Positions 29,102-38,168 of a DNA stretch of 64,000 nt are shown here, piece by piece. Origin of the DNA: an uncultured archaeon (GTDB taxonomy: Archaea; Asgardarchaeota; Lokiarchaeia; Sigyniarchaeales; SOKP01); NCBI GenBank assembly GCA_964388035.1, contig CAYLZE010000011.1, positions 21,329 through 85,328 of the forward strand, given 5' to 3'. The position numbers and the translations under genes were made by a program. How positions within the stretch are numbered: the stretch's first letter is position 1; each line of letters begins with the position of its first letter. The notes under the pieces are model-generated. The model worked only from the letters and a program-made list of their open reading frames with translations, searched no databases and was not told the origin of the DNA.

Positions 29102-29899
29102 ATGGAAGAATATAAAACTTTATTAGTTGAAATTGATAGAAATCGCAAAACAGAAATTATTTATTTTAATCGCCCTGATTCTCTTAATGCCCTTAATTAT
29201 CAATTAGCTTTAGATTTAAAGATGGCATTAGAAAAATTGTTGGAATCTCAAAATGTAAAATGTTTAGTCATTACTGGTAAAGGAAAAGCGTTTTGCAGTG
29301 GTGGAGATCTTTTAGAGTTTAAGAATACTGAAAATCCTCAAGATTTACTTTCCAAATTAGCAAGCACCTTCCATGAATCTTTAAAAATAATTAACAAGTT
29401 AAAAATTCCAGTTATAGCTGCAATTAATGGACCATGCATCGGGGCGGGATTGGGACTTGTGGGTGCTTGTGATATCAGAGTGTGTTCAATCAATGCTAAA
29501 TTTGGAAGTGCTTTTACCAGTGTAGGATTATCGCCGAATTCTTCTCTTACTTACAATTTACCGAGAATTATGAGCAGTAGTTTTGCAAATGATTTGATAT
29601 TCAGTAATAGAATTATAAATGCTGAAGAAGCTTTAAAATTTCATTTGGTTTCTAGGATAATTGAATCAATTGAGAAGTTCATGGAAAAGGTGATGGAACT
29701 TGCCAATCAAATCAGTTCAGGTCCTCCCATTGCCATGGCTTTAGCTAAAGAATTATTGACATCAACCTATGAAGATAATTTAGAACACCATTTAGAAAAA
29801 GAAGCACGAAATGTATCACAATCTGCAGCTACTCAAGATTTCAAAGAAGGAGTAAAAGCTTATTTTGAAAAGCGAAAACCAGAATATAATGGAAGATGA
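29102..29899 (+). CDS. enoyl-CoA hydratase/isomerase family protein
   Basis: FNRPDSLNAL, AFCSGGDL, AAINGPCIGAG, DFKEGVKAYFEKRKP. Confidence 0.92.
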   Translation: MEEYKTLLVEIDRNRKTEIIYFNRPDSLNALNYQLALDLKMALEKLLESQNVKCLVITGKGKAFCSGGDLLEFKNTENPQDLLSKLASTFHESLKIINKLKIPVIAAINGPCIGAGLGLVGACDIRVCSINAKFGSAFTSVGLSPNSSLTYNLPRIMSSSFANDLIFSNRIINAEEALKFHLVSRIIESIEKFMEKVMELANQISSGPPIAMALAKELLTSTYEDNLEHHLEKEARNVSQSAATQDFKEGVKAYFEKRKPEYNGR

Positions 29900-29956
29900 T
29901 CTCATAAAATTAATAATTTTAATAAATTATAAAAACAATAAAGGAATTGAATTACC

Positions 29957-31075
29957 ATGAAAAATTTACTAGATGGAATAAAAGAAACATTATTGATGGG
30001 ACCCGGTCCCTCTTGTGTACATCCAAAAGTATATGAAGCATTGAGCCGCAAAACTATAGGCCACCTTGACCCTTATTTCATTAAAATAATGGATGAGATT
30101 CAGGCTTTATTACAAGAGCTAATGAATACCAAGAATAAACTTACTCTTCCAATTTCAGGAACGGGGTCAGCGGGGATGGAAACATGTTTTGTTAACTTAA
30201 TTGAACCTGATGATCCCGTTTTAATTCTCACGAATGGAGTATTTGGTGTGAGAATGCAAGATGTTGCAAGTAGATTGGGAGCAAAAGTAGATAATATTGA
30301 TTTTGAATGGGGTACACCTGTAAGACCAGAAGTTATAAAGGAAAAGATAAGTAAAAATAATTATAAAATTATTGCTGTGGTTCATGCAGAAACTTCGACG
30401 GGAGTTAAAAACCCGATTGATGAAATTTCTAAAATTGTTAAAGGAACTAATTCTTTATTTTTAGTTGATACGGTTACCAGCTTAGGTGGTATAGAGGTTA
30501 AAGTGGATGAGTGGGGTGCAGATGCCGTTTACAGTGGCACTCAAAAATGTCTTTCTTGCCCTCCGGGATTAGCCCCCGTATCTATATCAGATAAAGCATA
30601 TTCTCTCATTCTTAACAGGAAAAAGAAGGTAGCGAATTGGTACTTAGACCTATCTCTGATCGGGCAGTATTGGAGTGGTGAAAGAAGTAGAGTATATCAT
30701 CATACTGCTCCGATTAACATGTTATATGCTTTATATCAAGCATTACTATTAATTAAGGAAGAAGGGATCCAAAATGTTTTTAAAAGGCATTTAGAAAATC
30801 ATAAGAGATTAAAAGATGGATTGGAAACACTTGGTCTTGAAATGTATGTTGAAGAACCCTATCGATTACCCATGCTCAACGCCGTAAAAATCCCGGATGG
30901 TGTAAATGATGGAAAAGTGAGATCTAGTCTTCTTCAAGATTTTCAGATAGAAATTGGGGGTGGATTGGGTCCTTTAGCGGGGAAAATCTGGAGAATAGGT
31001 TTAATGGGACATACTGCAAGACCAGAAAACGTTGATAGATTAATAAGTGCTGTAAAGCAAACAATGAAAGCATGA
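29957..31075 (+). CDS. alanine-glyoxylate/serine-pyruvate aminotransferase (class V PLP)
   Basis: LLMGPGP, VHAETSTG, DTVTSLGG, SGTQKCL, YHHTAP, WRIGLMG. Confidence 0.93.
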   Translation: MKNLLDGIKETLLMGPGPSCVHPKVYEALSRKTIGHLDPYFIKIMDEIQALLQELMNTKNKLTLPISGTGSAGMETCFVNLIEPDDPVLILTNGVFGVRMQDVASRLGAKVDNIDFEWGTPVRPEVIKEKISKNNYKIIAVVHAETSTGVKNPIDEISKIVKGTNSLFLVDTVTSLGGIEVKVDEWGADAVYSGTQKCLSCPPGLAPVSISDKAYSLILNRKKKVANWYLDLSLIGQYWSGERSRVYHHTAPINMLYALYQALLLIKEEGIQNVFKRHLENHKRLKDGLETLGLEMYVEEPYRLPMLNAVKIPDGVNDGKVRSSLLQDFQIEIGGGLGPLAGKIWRIGLMGHTARPENVDRLISAVKQTMKA

Positions 31076-31142
31076 TTCTGATGCTCTTATATCAAAATAC
31101 CAATTAATTCTATTCATATTTACATTTTGTAAATATCTATAA

Positions 31143-31457
31143 AATTGCAGGGCATTAGATCGCCATTTAAAGGACGAGGTTTTTGAGATTTCTCATTTGA
31201 AAGGTAATCATGATATTCCTTATCGTGCATTAATTCCACAGAAAATTAAAAATCTATTGGTGGCGGGGAGATGCATATCGTGTGATCATGATGCTCATGC
31301 CTCTTTAAGAGGAGCTGCAACTTGCATGGCGACAGGTCATGCTGCGGGAACGGCAGCAGCATTAGCGTCCAAAAATTCTATCGATGTAAGGGAGGTCGAT
31401 ATCAAAAAACTTCATGAATTATTAAAAGAGCAAAATGCAATATTAAAAACACCTTAG
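31143..31457 (+). pseudogene. C-terminal fragment of an FAD-dependent oxidoreductase
   Basis: DIPYRALIP...NLLVAGRCIS.D..A..SLR....CMATGHAAGTAAAL. Frame is closed by TAA at 31140, with no N-terminal GxGxxG domain. Confidence 0.75.
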
Positions 31458-31504
31458 AATTTATTTTTCCTAATTAGAGATAATTTAATCCCATTAGACT
31501 CTTT

Positions 31505-33085
31505 TTAATCTTTTTGCAAGTAAGGCTTTCCCGATTCAAGACATTTCTCTGCTTCCATCAGCTCTCTAGAAACATAACTCACGTGATACTTATCCTCTAT
31601 AAAGTTTAGTTCTATTATTTTTTTACAAAGTGCTTCCGCCTTATTGCCTATCAAAGTCTTTTGTAAGATTCCATCATTTGAGAAAAAAAGGGCATAAATT
31701 TCTTTTTTATAGTGATTTACATGAAATTTAAAATACCCTTTAGGATCAGGAACATACATTTCATTAATTCCTTTTACTTGAATTGCATTGGTTCTTTTGA
31801 TTTTTGGAAATTGCTGGGAAGTTTTTCCTTTAGCTCTAAAAACTTGAATTCCCATATTTATGGGAGGAGATTTTCGATTCTTGGAAAGATAACATAGCTT
31901 TAGGCTTTCAGATAATTCTTTTACTCCTCCCATTAATTTAATACTATGTTCTACGGTAAAAAGAATGCCCATATCTAATTCAATTGCGATACTCGCAAGC
32001 AAGCCATTTATTCCAACCGAATCAATATCCATGAGTTCAACTACATTTGATATTCCAAAAAAGAGAGGGATTTCCATGTCGGAATATCCACATTGCAGCA
32101 CGGCCTTTTTATATAAAAAATAAGCTTCTAATGAATTACAGATCCCCGGAGATATCGGAGTTTGGAGGAGGGGATCCGCGATAAGCTTGTTAAAACCGAG
32201 CTCTCTTAGCTTTTTAATCAAAGAAAATAAATTTTGGATTTTAGTATCAGCATCAGAAGGAAAATATCCTTTACTAATATTCGTAGGTAATAAAACAATG
32301 GGAATCTCTTTAGGTATAGAAGCACATTGCTTGTAATTACTTATATCTAAACTTAAAATTAAATCAATTCCCTTCTCGGCTGCTGCCTTAATCTCCATGG
32401 GATTCATTGAATCGATGCTTAATAGAACATCGTGGTTATTCCGGATAAGATCAATAATCTCTTGAATTCTCCCGGGATTTGGACGATTTGATACGCATCC
32501 TATGTCAATAACATGTGCGCCCGATTCGATATAATGCTGGGCTTTTTTCAAGATGGTATCATTTTCTTTACTGGTGCAGTTCACAATTTCGGCAATGATT
32601 GGGGGAGGTAAATTTCTCCCAATAATTAAATCAGACCTTTTTTCATTAATATAAAACGTATGGATTCCAAGATTTTCTTTTGCAATTTTGAATTGTTCTT
32701 CAACTAATTCACGATATAATTTCTCTCCGGAAGTTTTAAACAATTTATTGGCAGCAATTTTCGAAGATAATGGAATTAAAGTTAAATTTTCAATAATTTG
32801 AGGAAGATCCGAAGCAAATTCCGGTCCTTTTTTTATCTCTATTTTCAATTTCGCCTCTAAATCAGAGGTGTCCCATTGTGTAAAGCCAGGAATTAAAACT
32901 AAATCAAAATCGCTTAAAGAGATGGAGTTTAAAATGGCGCTTACCATTTCTTCAGTAATAAAAGCAGAAACAGATACAGGTGCTTTTTTTATCTGGAATG
33001 AATGCTTTTTTATTGGTTCTAAAATCTTTGTAATGATTGGATAACTTTCTTGACCAGTTATGATGAGGATTTTAATTAAAATCAC
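31505..33085 (-). CDS. dihydropteroate synthase-like protein (methanopterin-pathway type, DUF4346-like C-terminus)
   Basis: IIAEIVN, GAHVIDIG, SIDSM, IADPLL, GISNVVELMDIDSVGINGLLA, DPKGYFK. Confidence 0.87.
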   Translation of the reverse strand: MILIKILIITGQESYPIITKILEPIKKHSFQIKKAPVSVSAFITEEMVSAILNSISLSDFDLVLIPGFTQWDTSDLEAKLKIEIKKGPEFASDLPQIIENLTLIPLSSKIAANKLFKTSGEKLYRELVEEQFKIAKENLGIHTFYINEKRSDLIIGRNLPPPIIAEIVNCTSKENDTILKKAQHYIESGAHVIDIGCVSNRPNPGRIQEIIDLIRNNHDVLLSIDSMNPMEIKAAAEKGIDLILSLDISNYKQCASIPKEIPIVLLPTNISKGYFPSDADTKIQNLFSLIKKLRELGFNKLIADPLLQTPISPGICNSLEAYFLYKKAVLQCGYSDMEIPLFFGISNVVELMDIDSVGINGLLASIAIELDMGILFTVEHSIKLMGGVKELSESLKLCYLSKNRKSPPINMGIQVFRAKGKTSQQFPKIKRTNAIQVKGINEMYVPDPKGYFKFHVNHYKKEIYALFFSNDGILQKTLIGNKAEALCKKIIELNFIEDKYHVSYVSRELMEAEKCLESGKPYLQKD

Positions 33086-34160
33086 GTAAAATTTTGTCTT
33101 TTTCGAATGGAATGTAAATATCGTCCAAGATAGTTCCCGAAGAATCTTTTATTCTTAAATTTTCAACAATTGGTTTAAATTTTCCATCTAGTAAACCTTC
33201 AGCAATAAATGCTGCTCCTTGGGCGGCGCGTTTAGCTATTTGTGAATACGAGGCCATCATTCTCACGGGCGCCACATCTTTCAATCCCTTTATAATTTTA
33301 TTCCGTAAGTAAGTAATCCTTGCTCCCCTTCCCGCCAATAATATTTCTTGGACTTTATCTCTATCAGAAAATGATGAAGATATGCCGAATACAGCTTTTT
33401 TAACGCTTGAGATGTAAGCTTTTAATGCAGTCCTTGTTTGTTGATCTTTTTCGGCTAATAATGTGATTTCTTTTAGACTTAAATCAGAAAATCCTGATAT
33501 GGATGCCACCCCTCCTTTATAAATGTTCTTTTTATCAATATTTTTAATTAGATACGCTAATTCCCCATCTAAACTGCCACATGCTTTAAATCCCATGATG
33601 TTTGATCCTCCTATCCCGTCAATAATTTGTCCGTTCTCAATTGCTAAAACTGCTGTAAACCCATACCCGATCTCGACCATGATAAAATTAGATTCTTCTG
33701 GTTTCTTACTTAGTCTTTCACATTGATCCCGAATTCCCACGACGGAAGTACATAATTTATCCGCGGTTCCCATATCAATTTTATTGACTTTTCTATATCT
33801 TGGAACGGTGGGCATGTGTTTCACGCTGGGAACAATCACACCGGGAATGTTTTCAGCTTTGAGCAAGCGAAGAATATCACCCAATCCAATCATGGTGTCT
33901 TCTTTATTAATCGAGAATTTTAATAAAGTATAGAAAATATCTTTTTCCGTCAAATCACTTACTTTTTTTAAAGGTAAGCCAAAACCACTTGGTGCCACCA
34001 TTAGATCTATATCCGGCACGGACTTTATAATTGAAATTGCTTTTTTGGGATTTTCTATTAATTCTTTAGTTGGAATAGAAGTATCTAATATTATTTTTTC
34101 TCCTTCTAACCCAAAAAAGTCCCATGATAACGTCCCAGGGTCTACTCCTAATACTTTCAC
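33072..34160 (-). CDS. DUF1464 family protein (ASKHA/butyrate-kinase-like fold)
   Basis: LGVDPGTLSWD, APSGFGLP, NKIDMGTADK, GSLDGELAY, KRAAQGAA. Confidence 0.85.
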   Translation of the reverse strand: MKVLGVDPGTLSWDFFGLEGEKIILDTSIPTKELIENPKKAISIIKSVPDIDLMVAPSGFGLPLKKVSDLTEKDIFYTLLKFSINKEDTMIGLGDILRLLKAENIPGVIVPSVKHMPTVPRYRKVNKIDMGTADKLCTSVVGIRDQCERLSKKPEESNFIMVEIGYGFTAVLAIENGQIIDGIGGSNIMGFKACGSLDGELAYLIKNIDKKNIYKGGVASISGFSDLSLKEITLLAEKDQQTRTALKAYISSVKKAVFGISSSFSDRDKVQEILLAGRGARITYLRNKIIKGLKDVAPVRMMASYSQIAKRAAQGAAFIAEGLLDGKFKPIVENLRIKDSSGTILDDIYIPFEKDKILRDFN

Positions 34161-34800
34161 CAGAAATCAATACTACCTTTGTAGATATTTAAATAATCAA
34201 GTCAACTATTTCTATTATTTTTAACTTGTTTTAAACCTTGCTATAATAGGAACTTAAAGAAGTTATAAGAACGTAATAAAGTCATCTTTAAAAAATGAGA
34301 TGATACAATTTAACTGATTAAAAATCCAAATTTTTGATTAACAAGCTTTAATTTTCAGCAATATATTTTAAGGATCTCAAGAATTTTCCTATTAAATCAG
34401 ATTTTTGAATACATTTTTAAATACGTTTAAATAGTAACATGAATTAAAAGATAAAGGGTAAAAATCTTAAAACACTTCCTTTTTCCATGATTTAAGTATT
34501 TCTTTTTTCATTATAGAAAATAATTTCATTAATAGAGTTTAATTAAATCTTTATCAATGAACATGTGATAAGGATGAAATTTCCCTAATATAAAATTATT
34601 AAATTCCTATAGAAAATGAAATTAAAAAAATTGATTTATATTTAATTACTAAATCATGTTTTGAAAGCATGGTATGCTTATTTTTAAAAAATAAGTTGAG
34701 ATTATTTAAATAGGTGATACTTATTCAACTCAATTAAATCATACCTGTTATTAAATAAATAAATTTCGATGCGTAATACCTAAAAGGAAGGTAAAAGAAG

Positions 34801-35331
34801 ATGTTTGTAAATGTTTTTGTATGTGAAATCTGTGGAGAAGCATATATTGGAGAGGATATTCCTTCTAGATGCCCTTTTTGTGGTGCCCTTAAAAAATATA
34901 TGGTGAAAGCTAAAAATTATGATGACTCCAAAGCTTGGGATGTACAATTAAACGATAATGAGAAAAAAGATATAGAGAAAGCCTTGGAACTAGAAATTTC
35001 TAATACCGTTTTTTATAAATGCGCTAGTAATAAAGTTCCTGAGCCAGAAGGTCAAAAACTTTTCAAGATTTTGAGTAAAGTAGAGAATGAACACGCTTCC
35101 GTTTGGAAAAAGATTCTCAAATTAAATAAGGTTGATTTTCCAAAATATGATGAATGCGCAACACAATACAAGCCAAATCTTGAAGAATCCCATGCGCGAG
35201 AAGAGAGAGCAATCAAATTCTACAAGCAAGCGGCAAAAGATGCTAAAAATGTTCGCGTGAAACAAATATTTCAGGCTTTTGTGGAAGTTGAGACCGATCA
35301 CCTCAATTTATCAGAAGCAAGATTAAAATGA
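34801..35331 (+). CDS. rubrerythrin-family protein (N-terminal rubredoxin + ferritin-like di-iron)
   Basis: CEICG...CPFCG, ExxH motifs ENEH and ETDH. Confidence 0.9.
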   Translation: MFVNVFVCEICGEAYIGEDIPSRCPFCGALKKYMVKAKNYDDSKAWDVQLNDNEKKDIEKALELEISNTVFYKCASNKVPEPEGQKLFKILSKVENEHASVWKKILKLNKVDFPKYDECATQYKPNLEESHAREERAIKFYKQAAKDAKNVRVKQIFQAFVEVETDHLNLSEARLK

Positions 35332-35531
35332 GATCTTTTCAAGAATAATCGAGAGATAACAATCTATTCCATTTCTAACTAACTTATAATTTTTTTTTTC
35401 TCTACTTGAATTATACTCAAATTTTTTTCATATAAATTTAAAAATTTAATTATTTTTTGAAAAACCAATTTATAAATAAATTCCGAAATACATATGCATG
35501 ATTTATTACAAAAAATAAGGGATGAAATAAG

Positions 35532-38018
35532 ATGAGTAAAAGCGAAAAAAAATTAGATTCACAAATTATAGAACCTCACGATTTATCACCCAGATCAAAG
35601 TGGTTACGGGATTATTACTTTCAAGGTGCTGAAAGAGAATGGGCAAATGAATTCACACCATTTACAACAGGTACAGATTGGGATATTGTATGGAATGAAA
35701 CAGATTATTATGTGGCTCCCGAAACTCATACCTATATCGGTGTGAAAGGAAAGGGAGTGTTTGAGAGTGCATTTAGATCTGCTGCTCAGACAGTATCTAC
35801 TCTTCCTTCAAATTTTTGGGAATTATCTTTACCAGAACGTAGAACGACTTTTTTTGAGGAAATCATGCTAAATTACATTCCTCAAGAAATAGTAGGTCCT
35901 TCTTTACTTGCCGGATCTCGCTTTAATACCCAATTGAGCAAGTGTTTTACCGAAAAAGAAGTTAAAAGCTATTGGAAGAAGAATTTAGCTACCAGAAAAG
36001 CTTTTTTTAAATATCACAAATCGGGATTTGGAAATACCGGTGCAACTGCCGGTCATATTATCGTGGATTATGAAACGATAATTAATAAAGGATTCAAATA
36101 TCTCCATGAAAAAGCAAAAAATTCTTATGAAAAATTGAGTGAAGCGGATAAAAAAGGTCCTAAGGGTGAAGAATTACGAGCAATGATCATAAGCACTCTA
36201 ATCCCCAAGAAATTGGCATTAAAGTATGCCGAAGAATGCAGGCGCCTTAAAAAGGATGCTCCAACCCCTGAAAGGGCCGAAGAATTAGAACAAATGGCAA
36301 AGAATTTAGAGATAGTACCATGGGAACCAGCAAAAACATTTTGGCAGGGAGTTCAAGCAATTTGGTTCACTCACATGTTAATCTTAGCGGAGGAATCTTA
36401 TCCGGGAGCGGGTACTTCTTTTGGAAGGACCGACCAGCATTTATGGGCATTGTATAAGAAAGATGTCATTGATGAAAAAACCATTACCAAGCAATTTGCT
36501 AAAGATATCATCGGAAGCTTTTGGTTCCATTGCAACACGGCATATGATGCGATGGTTAGGGTAGGAAGGCAGGGAATTACTTCGGCTTTTGGGCAATTGA
36601 TGACTTTAAGCGGATGCGGTCCCAATGGGGAGGATCTCACTAATGAATTAACTTACAGCATTTTAGAAGTTACAGATGAGTGGATGCCAATTTTAGAGCC
36701 AAAGCCGAATGTACGCCTTCATAGAAACTCTCCTGAGAAATTATTAAATATGATTATTGACATGGTTTCTCGGGCACAAGGAGCACCCTTTTTAATTAAT
36801 TTTGATGAACGAAGCATAGCGGGGATGATTTTAGAGGGGATATCTAAAGAAAACGCATGGGATTATGCTTGCGTGGGTTGTTTAGAAAATACCATGCAAG
36901 GGAACGACAGGAGCGGAACGGTAAATTGCAATCCAAATCTGGCTAAAAGCATCGAATTGACTTTATGGAATGGGAAGAACATACCGGGTAACGTGGTAAA
37001 ACCTTGGAATAAAAAAGGAGAACAATTTGGACCAAAATCTGGCAATCCGGAAAATTTTGAAAGGTGGGAGGAGTTTTGGAATGCATGGATGCAGCAGTTA
37101 AAACATGTTATCAAATACACGGTCGATGTATATAACATGACGGAAGAGTTAAGATCAGAATACATGCCAACACCCTACGTTTCAACTTTAGTCCGAGGGT
37201 GCATTGAAAAGGGTTTAGATGTGAGAAATGGAGGTCCAGAGTTAAGATATATTACAATTGAAGGAGTAGCGTTTGCTACCACCGTGGATTCTCTTTTAGC
37301 AATAAAGCATTTCGTATTTGACACCAAGAAATATTCGATTGCTCAAATCAAAGATGCTTTAATCAATGATTTTGAAGGAAAGGATAATATCATAATGCAA
37401 ACGGAGCTAAAGAACAAAGCACCTAAATATGGTAATGATGACGATGAAGCAGATGAGATGGCACGAGAGATCATGAAGTTGTGGGCGGACGAGACGTGGA
37501 AATACAAAACACCTACTGATTTTCAATTCAGGCCTGGAATGCTTTCTTGGAATTATTGGGCTGGTTCCGATGCTAGTTTTACCCCAGCCACTCCCGATGG
37601 TCGTAAGAAAGGGACTTTTCTATCTAATGCTATTTGTCCCACAAACGGCGTAGACATTAAAGGGCCAACTGCGGTAACTAATTCAGTGGGAATCGCGTTA
37701 GGAGGAAAAACAGAAAGCGGAGAATATATTAATTATCTTCCTAACGGAGCAAGTCATACCATAACTTTTAATCCCAGCATTTTACGAGATCCAGAACATA
37801 GGGAAAAATTTAAAGCGTATTTAAAAAGTTATGTTGAAAATGGGGGCACGTGCCTACAAATAAACATGCTAGACGCGGATATGCTACGGGATGCCCAGAA
37901 ACACCCTGAAAATTATAAGAATCTCCTCGTTCGGGTAACGGGATATAATGCTTATTTTAATGCGATAGGAAAAGAGTTACAAGACGAGATAATTTCTCGA
38001 GAATCCCATAAAATGTAA
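35532..38018 (+). CDS. glycyl-radical enzyme (PFL-like, unknown class)
   Basis: Cys loop CVGCLE, Gly loop LVRVTGYNAYF, PKYGNDD, ATPDGR. Confidence 0.93.
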   Translation: MSKSEKKLDSQIIEPHDLSPRSKWLRDYYFQGAEREWANEFTPFTTGTDWDIVWNETDYYVAPETHTYIGVKGKGVFESAFRSAAQTVSTLPSNFWELSLPERRTTFFEEIMLNYIPQEIVGPSLLAGSRFNTQLSKCFTEKEVKSYWKKNLATRKAFFKYHKSGFGNTGATAGHIIVDYETIINKGFKYLHEKAKNSYEKLSEADKKGPKGEELRAMIISTLIPKKLALKYAEECRRLKKDAPTPERAEELEQMAKNLEIVPWEPAKTFWQGVQAIWFTHMLILAEESYPGAGTSFGRTDQHLWALYKKDVIDEKTITKQFAKDIIGSFWFHCNTAYDAMVRVGRQGITSAFGQLMTLSGCGPNGEDLTNELTYSILEVTDEWMPILEPKPNVRLHRNSPEKLLNMIIDMVSRAQGAPFLINFDERSIAGMILEGISKENAWDYACVGCLENTMQGNDRSGTVNCNPNLAKSIELTLWNGKNIPGNVVKPWNKKGEQFGPKSGNPENFERWEEFWNAWMQQLKHVIKYTVDVYNMTEELRSEYMPTPYVSTLVRGCIEKGLDVRNGGPELRYITIEGVAFATTVDSLLAIKHFVFDTKKYSIAQIKDALINDFEGKDNIIMQTELKNKAPKYGNDDDEADEMAREIMKLWADETWKYKTPTDFQFRPGMLSWNYWAGSDASFTPATPDGRKKGTFLSNAICPTNGVDIKGPTAVTNSVGIALGGKTESGEYINYLPNGASHTITFNPSILRDPEHREKFKAYLKSYVENGGTCLQINMLDADMLRDAQKHPENYKNLLVRVTGYNAYFNAIGKELQDEIISRESHKM

Positions 38019-38168
38019 TTTTTTTTTCGTACTTGTTTTTTATTTTTTTAATATTTAATTAATTAAGAATGAGAAAAATTAGGTAATCTCTTAATGTTCT
38101 TTTGAGATAAACCCTAAATAAAATAAGCTAATATTAAAAAAAAAAATAGTTTTGATTTTATTTTTTCT

